DNA from: Opitutaceae bacterium
GTDB taxonomy: Bacteria; Verrucomicrobiota; Verrucomicrobiia; Opitutales; Opitutaceae
DNA: 64,000 nt
Reading direction: 5' to 3'
Assembly: GCA_036489955.1 (NCBI GenBank)
Contig: DASXEV010000042.1
Coordinates: 739-64,738 of the forward strand
Shown piece after piece: positions 8,531 to 17,628 of this stretch. The position numbers were made by a program, and so were the translations under genes. The number at the start of each line of letters is the position of its first letter. Position 1 is the stretch's first letter. The notes beneath the pieces are model-generated. The model was given only the letters and a program-made list of their open reading frames with translations, made no database searches and was not told the origin of the DNA.

Positions 8531-8921
8531 TCACGCGCCGCCGCGGCCCGTGCCGGACGGGTGACATTCCGCCCCAGGGGGGGCCGTTTTCCTTGCCGGG
8601 TTGGAACAAGACTAGCTGTATCCCGTCGAACCGACTCGTCCCTTGCTTTCAAAGAACACCCTGAACGTTCTTTGACCCGGTCCCGGCCGCCCCAGAGCCG
8701 GGAACACACGTTTTCCATGGCGGCGGCCGGACAAGGCCGCTCGGTGCCAGGCAGGGAATTGCCCCAAGGCTGAGCCTTTTGCCCGCGTGCAGCCGAAAGG
8801 CGGCCCGCGGCCAGAACGCACTCCGGGCCGCGCGGACGCGCGAGCGGACCGCGGCTATCGGGTGCGCCAAACCAAGAAAGAGAAAACAACCCTCCGCCCA
8901 GCGCGGAGCCTGAAACCAGCC

Positions 8922-9314
8922 ATGAAAAACAACAGAAAGCTCGCACTCCTGCTCGGTATCGGAGCGCTCCTGCCCCTCGCCGCACCGGCGAAGTCGCTGG
9001 AGCAGTCCTACATCGAGTCGTGCCGCAAAGGAAACGACATACCCGTTCCCGTCGCCGTGGTCGCACCACAGGCCGCCGGGTACGACATCGGGGCTGACGT
9101 GAAGGTGGAGTTCGTCGTGGACACGACGGGCCACGCCTCCTCGATCAGCGTCCTGTCGGGCACGGACCGCGCGTTCGCGCAGGCCGTGGTCGACGCGGTG
9201 AGGCAGTGGGAGTTCACACCCGCCCAGCACAACGGCGCACCGGTCGCGATGAAGGTCATCCTGCCGGTCCACGTCGTCGAGACTCCGAAGCCCGACAGGT
9301 TCCAGGAGAGCTGA
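8922..9314 (+). CDS. Periplasmic TonB C-terminal-domain protein (130 aa)
   Basis: ATG 8922 lies inside track ORF 8787..9314. It has a signal peptide (KLALLLGIGALLPLAAPA). A TonB_C-like core is present (VKVEFVVDTTGHASSISVLSGTDRAFAQAVVDAVRQWEFTPA). Confidence 0.7.
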   Translation: MKNNRKLALLLGIGALLPLAAPAKSLEQSYIESCRKGNDIPVPVAVVAPQAAGYDIGADVKVEFVVDTTGHASSISVLSGTDRAFAQAVVDAVRQWEFTPAQHNGAPVAMKVILPVHVVETPKPDRFQES

Positions 9315-9337
9315 GCGTCCCAAGCAGAAACAAACGA

Positions 9338-9368
9338 GGGCGCCCCCGGCAGCGGGGGCGCCCTTTTT
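9338..9368 (+). terminator. Rho-independent terminator
   Basis: GGGCGCCCCC-GGCAGC-GGGGGCGCCC forms a perfect 10-bp stem followed by TTTTT. It lies 24 nt after the stop at 9314. Confidence 0.75.
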
Positions 9369-9477
9369 AATCGCGGGCAGCGGCGCCGGCCGCCCGCCGC
9401 AGACGTAACACCGTCGACGCACGGGCCGGGCCATAGCGCTTGAGCCCGCCCGCCGATTGCCTCACGATTGATGTTTT

Positions 9478-10026
9478 GTGAGCGAAACCCCCACCTTGGA
9501 AACCGCCGACACCGGGCGCAGTGCCTGGCAACGAAGCGTGATCGACCCGATCGCGGCACAGCTGACCCAGGGCATCACCCCGGAGAAGATTGCGCTCACC
9601 CTGGCGGCCGGCAGCTCGTTCGCGCTGTTCCCCATCCTGGGGACGACGACGCTCCTCTGCCTGATGATCGGCGTCCTCCTGAAGCTGAACCAGCCGATCA
9701 TCCAGATCATCAACGCCCTCTGCACGCCGATCCACATCCCCTTCATCCTCGTCATGGTCCGCTTCGGGGGCTGGCTGTTCAACGAGAAGTCGACCCACAT
9801 GGGGATCCGGATGATGAACCACATGCTCTGGGAGGACCCCCGTGAATTCTTGGAGAAGTTCGGGATCACGGCGCTCCACGCGGTCGCCGGCTGGGCGCTC
9901 ATCATGCCCTTCTGGGCGATCCTCGTCTACGTCGTCGCCCTGCCGGTCCTCCGGGAGGCGCTCCGGCGCAAGGTGGTCATCGTCACCTCGTCGGACTCGA
10001 CGCCCCCCATCCACCCGGTTCCCTAA
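9478..10026 (+). CDS. DUF2062-like integral membrane protein
   Basis: It starts with GTG. The N-terminal segment GITPEKIALTLAAGSSFALFPILGTTTLLC is followed by several hydrophobic helices. Confidence 0.6.
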   Translation: MSETPTLETADTGRSAWQRSVIDPIAAQLTQGITPEKIALTLAAGSSFALFPILGTTTLLCLMIGVLLKLNQPIIQIINALCTPIHIPFILVMVRFGGWLFNEKSTHMGIRMMNHMLWEDPREFLEKFGITALHAVAGWALIMPFWAILVYVVALPVLREALRRKVVIVTSSDSTPPIHPVP

Positions 10027-10769
10027 AGGCCGCCCCCGAACTTCCTGAGGTACTTGAGGGCAAGCCCCAGGTCCGCGGGCACCGGGGAGGCGACCTCGGC
10101 GGGAAGCCTTGAGCGGGGATGGTTGAAGCGCAGGAGCGCCAGGTGCAGCGCCAGCCTCCGGACAAGCGGCCTTTCCTCATCGCGGCCCTTGTAGCGCCGC
10201 TTGAGGGACGAGAGGAGGAGCACGGACTGCGGGTCCCCGTAGAGCGCGTCCCCGAGGACCGGCGCCTTCTGCGCCGCCAGGTGCACCCTCACCTGGTGCC
10301 GGCGCCCCGAGAGGGGCCGGCACTCGATCCAGGCGTACCTGCCGAACGACTCTAGGACCCTGAAGCGCGTCGCGGCCGGCTCGCCGCCCCGCCGGCCGAA
10401 CGCGCGCATCCGCCCGGGCGCCGCCCTGTCCTCCCCCATCGCCAGCTCCACGCTGAACTCGGGCGGCGGCGGGGAGGCCGGGTCGACGACGCAGAGGGCG
10501 ATGAGCACGGTCTCGGCGGTCTTCGACTGGAACTGGCCGCTCACATAGCCGAGCGCCTCACGGTCCCTCGCGAAGAGGGCGGCCCCGCTCGCCTCGGCGT
10601 CGACCCGGTGGACGAGCGCCAGGGCGGCTCCCGGGCGGACCGGGGCCGGGAGCAGGCGGCCGCACTCCGCGGCGGCCATCCCGGCCGGCTTGTCGAGCGC
10701 GACGAGCGCGTCGTCCTCCAGCAGGATGTCGGGAGTTTCCACGGGGGCCGGTTTGGGCCGGCCAGACAA
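10023..10769 (-). CDS. RluA-family pseudouridine synthase (no S4 domain)
   Basis: Motifs are LDKPAGM, the catalytic-Asp motif HRVDAEASG, and PLSGRRHQVRVHLA...GDALYG. The TTG start at 10769 is uncertain. Confidence 0.75.
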   Translation of the reverse strand: MSGRPKPAPVETPDILLEDDALVALDKPAGMAAAECGRLLPAPVRPGAALALVHRVDAEASGAALFARDREALGYVSGQFQSKTAETVLIALCVVDPASPPPPEFSVELAMGEDRAAPGRMRAFGRRGGEPAATRFRVLESFGRYAWIECRPLSGRRHQVRVHLAAQKAPVLGDALYGDPQSVLLLSSLKRRYKGRDEERPLVRRLALHLALLRFNHPRSRLPAEVASPVPADLGLALKYLRKFGGGL

Positions 10770-10908
10770 TCAGGCTCCCGGGGCGTTGCCAATGCTTTGC
10801 CGGGGGCCCCAGGCGGTCAAAACCGGGTAACATTGCCGGCCCCCGCCTGAATTCGCTTGCCGCTGCCCCCCGGCGGGACGCTGCTCATGGTCCCCATAGG
10901 GTGCTGGT

Positions 10909-12498
10909 ATGTGCGCTGTTCCAAAAAGCCTGCTCACCGTCGGCGCTAGCCTGCTTTCTGCGCGCGCGGGCATGAGGATCAGGGACAAGGGCGACAAGGT
11001 CGCCGCGCAGGAGCGGGTGTTCCAGGAGCTGGTCCCCCAGCTGGCCCGGGCGTCCGTGTGGAGGGACCGCGGCGTCGAGCGGGGCATGGACTACGAGGCG
11101 TTCCGCTCCGCCGTCCAGCTGAACCAGCACGCCGACCTGGCGCCCCACATCTCGCGCATGCAGGCGGGTGAGGGCGACGTCCTCTGGCCCGGCACCTGCC
11201 AGATCTACTGCAGGAGCTCGGGCACGTCCACGGGCCGGCCCAGGGCCATCCCGGTCACCGAGCCGATGCTCCGCCACTTCAAGCAGTGCAGCCTCAACTC
11301 GACCCTGTGGTACACGGCGAGGATCGGGCACGCCGGCGTCTTCAGGGGCCGTCACCTCTTCCTCGGCGGCACGACGGCGATGTCCCCCGTCGCCGGCCCC
11401 GGGGCCTTCGAGGCCTACGAGGGCGACCTCTCGGGGATCGCCGCCCTCAACCTTCCCCGCTGGGTCGAGCGGCACTACTATGAGCCGGGCACGGAGATCG
11501 CCCAGCTGGAGGATTGGACGCAGAAGGTGTCCGCGATCGTCGAGAGGACGATGGGGGTCGACATCTCGCTCCTCGCCGGGAGCCCGGAATGGGTCCTCGG
11601 CCTGGCCAACGCCCTGAAGGCGGGCTCGAGGAGCGGCAAGGCGCGCGCGCAGCACCTGCAGGGCATCTGGCCCAACCTCGAGTGCTTCGTCCACGGGAGC
11701 ATCCCGGTCGCACCCTATGAGGACGAGCTGCGCGAGATCCTCGGGCCCACCGTCAACTTCCACGAGGTCTACCCCGCCGCCGAGGCCTTCGTCGCGGCCC
11801 AGGATTCCGAGTCGATAGCCGGCCTGCGCCTCATGGCCGACGCGGGCGTGTTCTACGAGTTCGTGCCGATGTCGGAGTTCGACGAGGCGCGCGCGCCCAT
11901 CCTCGGCGCAAGGGCCGTGCCCCTCTCGGAGGTCGAGACGGGGGTCGACTACGCGCTCGTCGTGACCACGCCGGCGGGCCTCGCGCGCTACCTGATCGGG
12001 GACGTGGTGCGCTTCGTGTCGAAGGCCCCCCCGAGGATCGAGTACGTGGGCCGCACGGGCCTGCAGCTGAACGCCTTCGGCGAGGGGGTCTCCGAGAGCG
12101 AGGTGACGGGGGCCCTGGTCGCGAACTGCAGCCGCAACGGCTGGACGATCGTCAACTTCCACGTAGCCCCGCTCCCCGACTCGTCGGTGACCGGCCGCGG
12201 GCGCGGGAGGCACGAGTGGTGGGTCGAGCTCAAGCCGGGGACCCTCTCCACGCCGACCGGGCCTGTCATGGCGCCGGAGATCGACCACGAGCTGCGCCGG
12301 CTGAACCCCGCCTATGAGGCGAAGCGGGCCTCGGGCCTCATGGACCCGCCGTGGGTGAGGCTCGTCATGCCGGGGGTCTTCGAGCACTGGATGCGGTTCC
12401 ACGGGCGGTGGGGCGGCAGGAACAAGGTCCCGCGCTGCCGCAGCGACCGGGTGATCGCCGACGAGCTCGGCGACGCGCTCCAATTTGCAAGGGACTGA
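10909..12498 (+). CDS. GH3 (auxin-responsive-promoter) family adenylating enzyme homologue
   Basis: At 529 aa it has an N-terminal SSGTSTGRPRAIPVT nucleotide-binding-type motif. Overall length and order are typical of bacterial GH3 proteins. Confidence 0.7.
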   Translation: MCAVPKSLLTVGASLLSARAGMRIRDKGDKVAAQERVFQELVPQLARASVWRDRGVERGMDYEAFRSAVQLNQHADLAPHISRMQAGEGDVLWPGTCQIYCRSSGTSTGRPRAIPVTEPMLRHFKQCSLNSTLWYTARIGHAGVFRGRHLFLGGTTAMSPVAGPGAFEAYEGDLSGIAALNLPRWVERHYYEPGTEIAQLEDWTQKVSAIVERTMGVDISLLAGSPEWVLGLANALKAGSRSGKARAQHLQGIWPNLECFVHGSIPVAPYEDELREILGPTVNFHEVYPAAEAFVAAQDSESIAGLRLMADAGVFYEFVPMSEFDEARAPILGARAVPLSEVETGVDYALVVTTPAGLARYLIGDVVRFVSKAPPRIEYVGRTGLQLNAFGEGVSESEVTGALVANCSRNGWTIVNFHVAPLPDSSVTGRGRGRHEWWVELKPGTLSTPTGPVMAPEIDHELRRLNPAYEAKRASGLMDPPWVRLVMPGVFEHWMRFHGRWGGRNKVPRCRSDRVIADELGDALQFARD

Positions 12499-12587
12499 CC
12501 CGAGATGGCATGGCCGATGCTTTTGGTGGCCCCATCCTGCCTTTAGCAGGGTTTGGGTAGTACATAGCCGGCCCAAAGCCGGTCAGA

Positions 12588-12629
12588 CCAAAAGCGGGGC
12601 TGGCGTTAAGGGGTTATCGCCAGCCCCGC
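12588..12629 (-). terminator. Rho-independent terminator of the redoxin gene
   Basis: A 12-bp stem GCGGGGCTGGCG/CGCCAGCCCCGC spans 12594-12605 and 12618-12629. On the minus strand it is followed by TTTTGG. Confidence 0.65.
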
Positions 12630-12635
12630 GCCTGT

Positions 12636-13133
12636 CTACGGCGCGGGGGCGCCGAGCAGCGCGGCAATGTCCCTCTCGAAGGTCGGCGGCCGGCGGCCAA
12701 GCTTGCTGAAGCGGATCATGCCCTGCCGGTCGATGAGGAAGGTCGTGGGGTAGCCGTCGGTCGCCCCGTAGTCCTCCTTTATCTTCTCGTCGGCCATCAC
12801 GACCGCGTAGTTGATCCCGTGGCTCGCCATGAAGGCCCTCACGGCGGCCGGGCTCTTGGTGTCCACGTACACCCCGACGACGGCCAGGCCCTCCGGGCCG
12901 TACCTGCGCTGGAGCTCGATGTTGGCGGGGATCTCGGCGATGCAGGGCGGGTAGGCGGGGGCCCAGAAGCTGAGGAGGACCACCCGCCCGCGGAAGTCGG
13001 ACATGGAGACCCGACGGCCATCGGCGCCGCCCAGCGTCCAGCCGGGGGCCTTCCTTGCGCGCGGCGCGTCAGCGCCGTGGGCGGGGGCCAGGGCAAGGAA
13101 CGCGAGCGCCGCGCCGAGGGTTACCAGTCTCAT
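12636..13133 (-). CDS. TlpA/redoxin-fold periplasmic protein with degenerate active site (APAYPPC)
   Basis: ATG 13133 lies inside track ORF 12636..13157 and is followed by a signal peptide. The thioredoxin-fold context is VVLLSFWAPAYPPCIAEIP, where WCxxC is expected. Confidence 0.75.
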   Translation of the reverse strand: MRLVTLGAALAFLALAPAHGADAPRARKAPGWTLGGADGRRVSMSDFRGRVVLLSFWAPAYPPCIAEIPANIELQRRYGPEGLAVVGVYVDTKSPAAVRAFMASHGINYAVVMADEKIKEDYGATDGYPTTFLIDRQGMIRFSKLGRRPPTFERDIAALLGAPAP

Positions 13134-13175
13134 CTGATGGGGCGCATCGTGGCACACCCCGCGCGCCTCGGCAAA

Positions 13176-14075
13176 TCAGGCGCCGCCGGCCTCGGGGAGC
13201 TCGACCTCGAGCGTCTCGATGAACTTCTTCATCGCCGGCGTGAGGACGCGCCCCTTCCGGTGTAGGATGGCGAGCGGCCGGGTGAAGGACCCGCCCTTCA
13301 GGCGCAGCACGGCCAGCGTGCCCTGCTTCGCCTCCTGGACGACGGTCGCCTGCGGTACGATCGCGATGCCGTGGTCGATCTCCACGGCGCGCTTCACGGT
13401 CTCGATGTTGTCGAACTCCATCACGGTCTCGATCTCGAGCTTCTGGTCGCGGAAGATCTGGTCCACGGCCTTGCGCGTGGGGATGTCGGGGTCGAAGCCT
13501 ATGAACCTCTGCCCGGCGAGCTCCGCCACCGTGACGTCGCCCCGCTTGGCGAGCGGGTGCTGCGGGTGGCAGATGACGATCAGGTGGTCGTTCCTGAACG
13601 GGATCGCCTCGATCTGGCGGACCTTCGAGGGGAACGCCACCAGCCCGAAGTCGACGCAGTTGTGGAGAATGTCCTCGTAGACGAGGTTCGAGCGCCTGTA
13701 CTCGACGCGCACGTTCACCGACGGGAAGTCGTGGAGGAACTTCTTGATGTACGGCGGCAGCTCATGGAGCCCGATGGAGTAGATTGTCGAGATCCGGATC
13801 GTCCCGCTCACGATCTTCTTGAGCTCCTGGAGCTGGGAGAGCAGCGTCTCGTAGGCATGAAGGACGTCCTTGGCGGACTCGTAGACCTTCTGGCCCTCGC
13901 GCGTCAGCTGGAACTGCTTCTGGCTCCGGTCGACCAGCAGCGCCTTGAAATGCCGCTCCATCGCCCTCGCCTGCTGGCTCACCGCGGATTGGGTGATATT
14001 GTTCAACTTCGCCGACTTCGAGAAGCTCTTCGTCTCGACCAGGTCGGCGAATATCTTAAAGTTTTCGATTTGCAT
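13176..14075 (-). CDS. LysR-family transcriptional regulator
   Basis: The N-terminal wHTH is FADLVETKSFSKSAKLNNITQSAVSQQARAMERHF. At 299 aa it has LysR substrate-binding domain architecture. Confidence 0.9.
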   Translation of the reverse strand: MQIENFKIFADLVETKSFSKSAKLNNITQSAVSQQARAMERHFKALLVDRSQKQFQLTREGQKVYESAKDVLHAYETLLSQLQELKKIVSGTIRISTIYSIGLHELPPYIKKFLHDFPSVNVRVEYRRSNLVYEDILHNCVDFGLVAFPSKVRQIEAIPFRNDHLIVICHPQHPLAKRGDVTVAELAGQRFIGFDPDIPTRKAVDQIFRDQKLEIETVMEFDNIETVKRAVEIDHGIAIVPQATVVQEAKQGTLAVLRLKGGSFTRPLAILHRKGRVLTPAMKKFIETLEVELPEAGGA

Positions 14076-14110
14076 GATTAGCCCGCGTTTTCACATGCCA
14101 GAGTGCAGGG

Positions 14111-14848
14111 TTGCGACGCCGGGTAAACCATGAAGTAGATTTTCTTACATTGAGCGACCCCGCATACGACACTTTCAGGACGAGGGCCGATAAGGTCCGC
14201 GAACGGATCGACGCGGCGTGCGCGCGCGCCGGCAGGAAGGCGTCCGAGGTCACGCTCCTCGCCGTCACGAAGTCGCATCCCGCGGCCGCGGCCGAGCTGG
14301 CGGCACGCTATGGGCTGCGCTCCGTCGGGGAGAACCGGGTCCAGGAGGGGATCGAGAAGCGGGCCCTCGTGAAGGCGGAGCTCTCCTGGGAGCTGATCGG
14401 CCACTTGCAGTCCAACAAGGCGCGGCTGGCGGCGCTCCACTTCGACAGGATCCAGAGCGCCGACAGCGAAAAGCTCCTCGCGCTCCTAGACCGCGCCGCC
14501 GCCGAGGCGGGCCGGAAGCTGCCGGTCCTCCTCCAGGTCAACGCGGGCCTCGACCCCGCGAAATCCGGGGCCGAGCCCGGCGACGCGCCGGGGCTCCTCG
14601 AGGCGGCGCTCGCCTGCGCGAACCTAAGCGTCGACGGCCTCATGACGATCGCGCCGCTCTCCGAGGACCCGTCCGTCGCAAGGCGGGCCTTCGCGGCACT
14701 GCGGGCCATCAGGGACAGGCTCGCCGCGTCCTCGGGCGCGCCGCTCGCCGAGCTCTCGATGGGGATGAGCGGCGACATGGATGACGCCATTGCCGAAGGA
14801 AGCACGATCGTGCGCGTCGGCACCGCGCTGTTCGGCTCGCGTTCGTGA
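14111..14848 (+). CDS. yggS: YggS-family pyridoxal-phosphate homeostasis protein
   Basis: Motifs are LLAVTKSH (PLP lysine), GENRVQE, IGHLQSNK and LSMGMSGD. The start is TTG 14111 or TTG 14150. Confidence 0.85.
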   Translation: MRRRVNHEVDFLTLSDPAYDTFRTRADKVRERIDAACARAGRKASEVTLLAVTKSHPAAAAELAARYGLRSVGENRVQEGIEKRALVKAELSWELIGHLQSNKARLAALHFDRIQSADSEKLLALLDRAAAEAGRKLPVLLQVNAGLDPAKSGAEPGDAPGLLEAALACANLSVDGLMTIAPLSEDPSVARRAFAALRAIRDRLAASSGAPLAELSMGMSGDMDDAIAEGSTIVRVGTALFGSRS

Positions 14849-14923
14849 TGTCGAGCGCAATTTCCTCCATTATTTTCCTTCAGGTGTTGCCTACGCGCGG
14901 CAAAGGCCATTGCAATTCGGGAC

Positions 14924-15793
14924 GTGGAAACGGAATCACTGGCTTCCTCTGAGAGAGAGGCGCTGCTGAGCCTGCTGGACGACCCGAGCCCCACCGTCCG
15001 AAGGGCCCTGCTCGCGAGGTTCAGCGTCCACGGAAACGCCGCAGCGGAGCTCCTGCAGCAGATCGCCCGCGGCTCGAACCGGGTGATGGCCCGGCACGCC
15101 GCGTGGTTCATCGAGGAACTGAAGCTCACGGACCCGGTCAGCGACTTCCGCTCCTTCATCCGCTCGCTCAACTACGAGCTTGAGACGGGAACGCTCCTCC
15201 TCGCGCGGACGGTGACGCCGCAGCTCGACGTCGCGGAGTGCCGCGCCGAGATCGACGAGATGGCGTCCCGCTGCCGCGAGCTCATCTCCGAGCCCTCGTC
15301 GAACCGCGAGAAGTGCCGGATCATCAACCGCGTCCTCTTCCACGAGTGGGGCTTCAGGGGCAACGTGGAGCAGTACACGGACCCGATGAACAGCTTCATC
15401 GACAAGGTCCTCACGCGCAGGAAGGGGATCCCGATCTCGCTCAGCGTCCTCTACCTCCTCGTGGGGGAGCGCCTGGGGCTTCCGCTCGAGCCCGTGGGCC
15501 TTCCCGGGCACTTCGTCGTCGGCTGCTACGCCGACGGGGCGCCGTTCTTCATCGACCCGTTCGACCAGGGGCTCTTCCGGGACGCCGAGGAGGTGTTCAC
15601 GCTCCTGCGCTCGAACCACATCGCCCCCAAGCCTTCCGACCTGGCCCCGACCACCGTTCGCGAGGTCCTCTGCCGCAGCTGCCGCAACCTCGCCAACCAC
15701 TACTCGGCGGCGAGCGACCTGGCCCGCGCGCAGATCTTCTCCGAGTTCGCCGACGAGTTCGAGGCGACCCACGAGAGGTACCTGCAGTCCTGA
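14924..15793 (+). CDS. SirB1/transglutaminase-like family protein with N-terminal HEAT-like segment
   Basis: It starts with GTG. The core RKGIPISLSVLYLLVGERLGLPLEPVGLPGHFVV is typical of SirB1-N/transglutaminase-like proteins. Confidence 0.65.
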   Translation: METESLASSEREALLSLLDDPSPTVRRALLARFSVHGNAAAELLQQIARGSNRVMARHAAWFIEELKLTDPVSDFRSFIRSLNYELETGTLLLARTVTPQLDVAECRAEIDEMASRCRELISEPSSNREKCRIINRVLFHEWGFRGNVEQYTDPMNSFIDKVLTRRKGIPISLSVLYLLVGERLGLPLEPVGLPGHFVVGCYADGAPFFIDPFDQGLFRDAEEVFTLLRSNHIAPKPSDLAPTTVREVLCRSCRNLANHYSAASDLARAQIFSEFADEFEATHERYLQS

Positions 15794-16686
15794 ACCCCCC
15801 CCTCACCCTATCGGACCTGGGCGGCCTGCGGGGACCGGCGACGAGGCTGGCCGTCCTCGGCCACCCGGTCGCCCACTCGGTCAGCCCGCAGATGCACAAC
15901 GCCGCGCTGGCGGCCCTGTCTGCCCGGGACGATCGCCTTGCCGGATGGAGCTACGTCGCCTTCGACGTCGAGCCGGCCCGGCTCCCCGAGGCGCTCTCGG
16001 CGCTGGGCGAGCACGGGTTCGCCGGGGTCAACCTGACCGTGCCGCACAAGGTGCTCGCCGTCGACCTCGTGTCCTCCCTCGACGAGGGCGCGAGAGAGGC
16101 GGGGGCCGTGAACACGCTCCAGCGTGAGGGGGGCGGCTGGCGGGGATTCAACACGGACGGCTACGGGCTTTCCGCGGCGCTGCGCGAGGACCTGGGGGTC
16201 GAGCTCCGGGGCAGCCCCGTCATCCTCCTCGGCGCGGGCGGGGCCGCGCGCGGCGCTGCCGTCGAGTGCCTCAGGGCCGGCTGCTCCGGCCTCTGGGTCA
16301 TGAACCGCTCCCGCCCGAACCTCGACGGGCTCCTCTCGCTCCTGTCGCAGGTGAAGGGCGGCTCCGCCGCGAGGGCCCTGGGGCCGGGGGTCCCGGCGCC
16401 GGAGGGGGCGATCGTCGTCAACGCGACGAGCGCGGGCCTGCGGCCCGGCGACGACGCGCCCGCGGACCTCTCGCTGCTGCCGCGTCCGTCGGCCGTCTTC
16501 GACATGATCTACAACCCCAGGGAGACGAGGCTCCTCGCCCAGGCGAGGGCCTTGGGGATAAGGGCGTCGAACGGCCTCGGCATGCTCGTTCACCAGGGCG
16601 CCCGCTCGCTTGAGATCTGGACGGGCGTCCCCGCAGCCTCCATGGCGCCCATAATGAGGGCCGCAGCCTCGAAGGCTCTTGGCTAG
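15790..16686 (+). CDS. aroE: Shikimate dehydrogenase (start codon unresolved)
   Basis: Motifs are LGHPVAHSVSPQMHN, NLTVPHK, GFNTDG, LLGAGGAARG and NATSAGL. No ATG, GTG or TTG lies between the upstream gene's stop and these motifs. The 5' coordinate given is the first CTG. Confidence 0.75.
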   Translation: MNPPLTLSDLGGLRGPATRLAVLGHPVAHSVSPQMHNAALAALSARDDRLAGWSYVAFDVEPARLPEALSALGEHGFAGVNLTVPHKVLAVDLVSSLDEGAREAGAVNTLQREGGGWRGFNTDGYGLSAALREDLGVELRGSPVILLGAGGAARGAAVECLRAGCSGLWVMNRSRPNLDGLLSLLSQVKGGSAARALGPGVPAPEGAIVVNATSAGLRPGDDAPADLSLLPRPSAVFDMIYNPRETRLLAQARALGIRASNGLGMLVHQGARSLEIWTGVPAASMAPIMRAAASKALG

Positions 16687-16719
16687 CGGGCGGCTCCCCG
16701 TACAGACTCGCCCCCCAAC

Positions 16720-17628
16720 ATGCGGCTCCTCGGCGAAGTGGCGGCCATCCACCCCTGGTTCTTCCCGGCGATCGCGTTCGTCCTCGGGGCCTGCATCGGC
16801 AGCTTCCTGAACGTCGTCATCTACCGCGTGCCGGCCGGCAAGTCCATCGTGACCCCGGGCTCGACCTGCGCCTGCGGCAAGGCCATCGCCTGGCACGACA
16901 ACATCCCGATCCTCTCCTGGCTGGTCCTCCGGGGGCGCGCCCGCTGCTGCGGCCGCCGGTTCTCGTTCCGCTACCCGTTCGTCGAGCTGCTAACCGCCTG
17001 CCTTTTCCTCGCGTGCTGGCTGAGGCTCCCGCCCGCCGTCGCCGTGTGCGGCTGGGTCCTCCTCTCGAGCCTCGTCTGCGCGACCTTCATCGACCTGGAC
17101 CACATGATCATCCCCGACGTGTTCACGATCGGTCTGGCGGTCGCGGGGCTTCTCCTTTCAGCGCTCGTGCCCGCGCTGCACGGCGAGCGCAGCGCGTTCT
17201 ACATCCTCGACTCGCTCCGTTCCGGGGCGGACGCCATGGCCGGCCTCATTGCCGGATCCGGCGTCATCCTGTGGATCGCGCTCATCTCCGAGGCGATCCT
17301 GAAGAAGGAGGCGATGGGCTTCGGGGACGTCAAATTCGTCGGGGCGATCGGGGCCTTCTGCGGATGGCACGGGGCCGTGTTCGCCATCTTCGGGGGCGCC
17401 GCGGTCGGGACCCTGTGGATCGCCCTGGCCCTCGCGTGGCAGAAGGTGTCGGGCCGGCCCGGGGCCGGCGCGCCGAGGGCGGAGACGCCCGAGGGCGAGC
17501 CCGCGGAGATGGGCCTGGGCGTGCACGTCCCGTTCGGGCCCATGCTCGCCGTCGCGGGGGCGATCTACTTCCTCTTCCTTCGCGGGCCGGTCGACGCCTG
17601 GTTCGGCCAGGTCAACGCGCTCCTCTGA
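16720..17628 (+). CDS. Prepilin peptidase (A24 family)
   Basis: It has the Cys-rich N-terminal segment (CACG...CCGRRF). The two catalytic Asp contexts are FIDLDHMIIPD and GFGDVKF. Confidence 0.9.
   Translation: MRLLGEVAAIHPWFFPAIAFVLGACIGSFLNVVIYRVPAGKSIVTPGSTCACGKAIAWHDNIPILSWLVLRGRARCCGRRFSFRYPFVELLTACLFLACWLRLPPAVAVCGWVLLSSLVCATFIDLDHMIIPDVFTIGLAVAGLLLSALVPALHGERSAFYILDSLRSGADAMAGLIAGSGVILWIALISEAILKKEAMGFGDVKFVGAIGAFCGWHGAVFAIFGGAAVGTLWIALALAWQKVSGRPGAGAPRAETPEGEPAEMGLGVHVPFGPMLAVAGAIYFLFLRGPVDAWFGQVNALL

Noticed and set aside
6579-8609. A 676-aa minus-strand ORF. Similar very long ORFs occur at 10885..12576, 20231..22960, 35126..38269, 38143..41049, 49547..51295, 51329..53503 and 53782..55842.
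   Set aside because: They are antisense shadow frames of genes with clear family motifs on the other strand. Their translations are Arg/Gly/Pro/Asp-rich low-complexity sequence without motifs. Long open antisense frames are expected at about 70% G+C with strong G+C3 bias.
8741-8775. An SRP (4.5S) RNA-like stretch: GTGCCAGGCAGGGAATTGCCCCAAGGCTGAG, with CCAGG, a GGAA loop and CCAAGGC.
   Set aside because: The conserved symmetric and asymmetric loop nucleotides of SRP domain IV (AGG...GGAA...AGCA) are not reproduced. The similarity is limited to short G+C-rich words.
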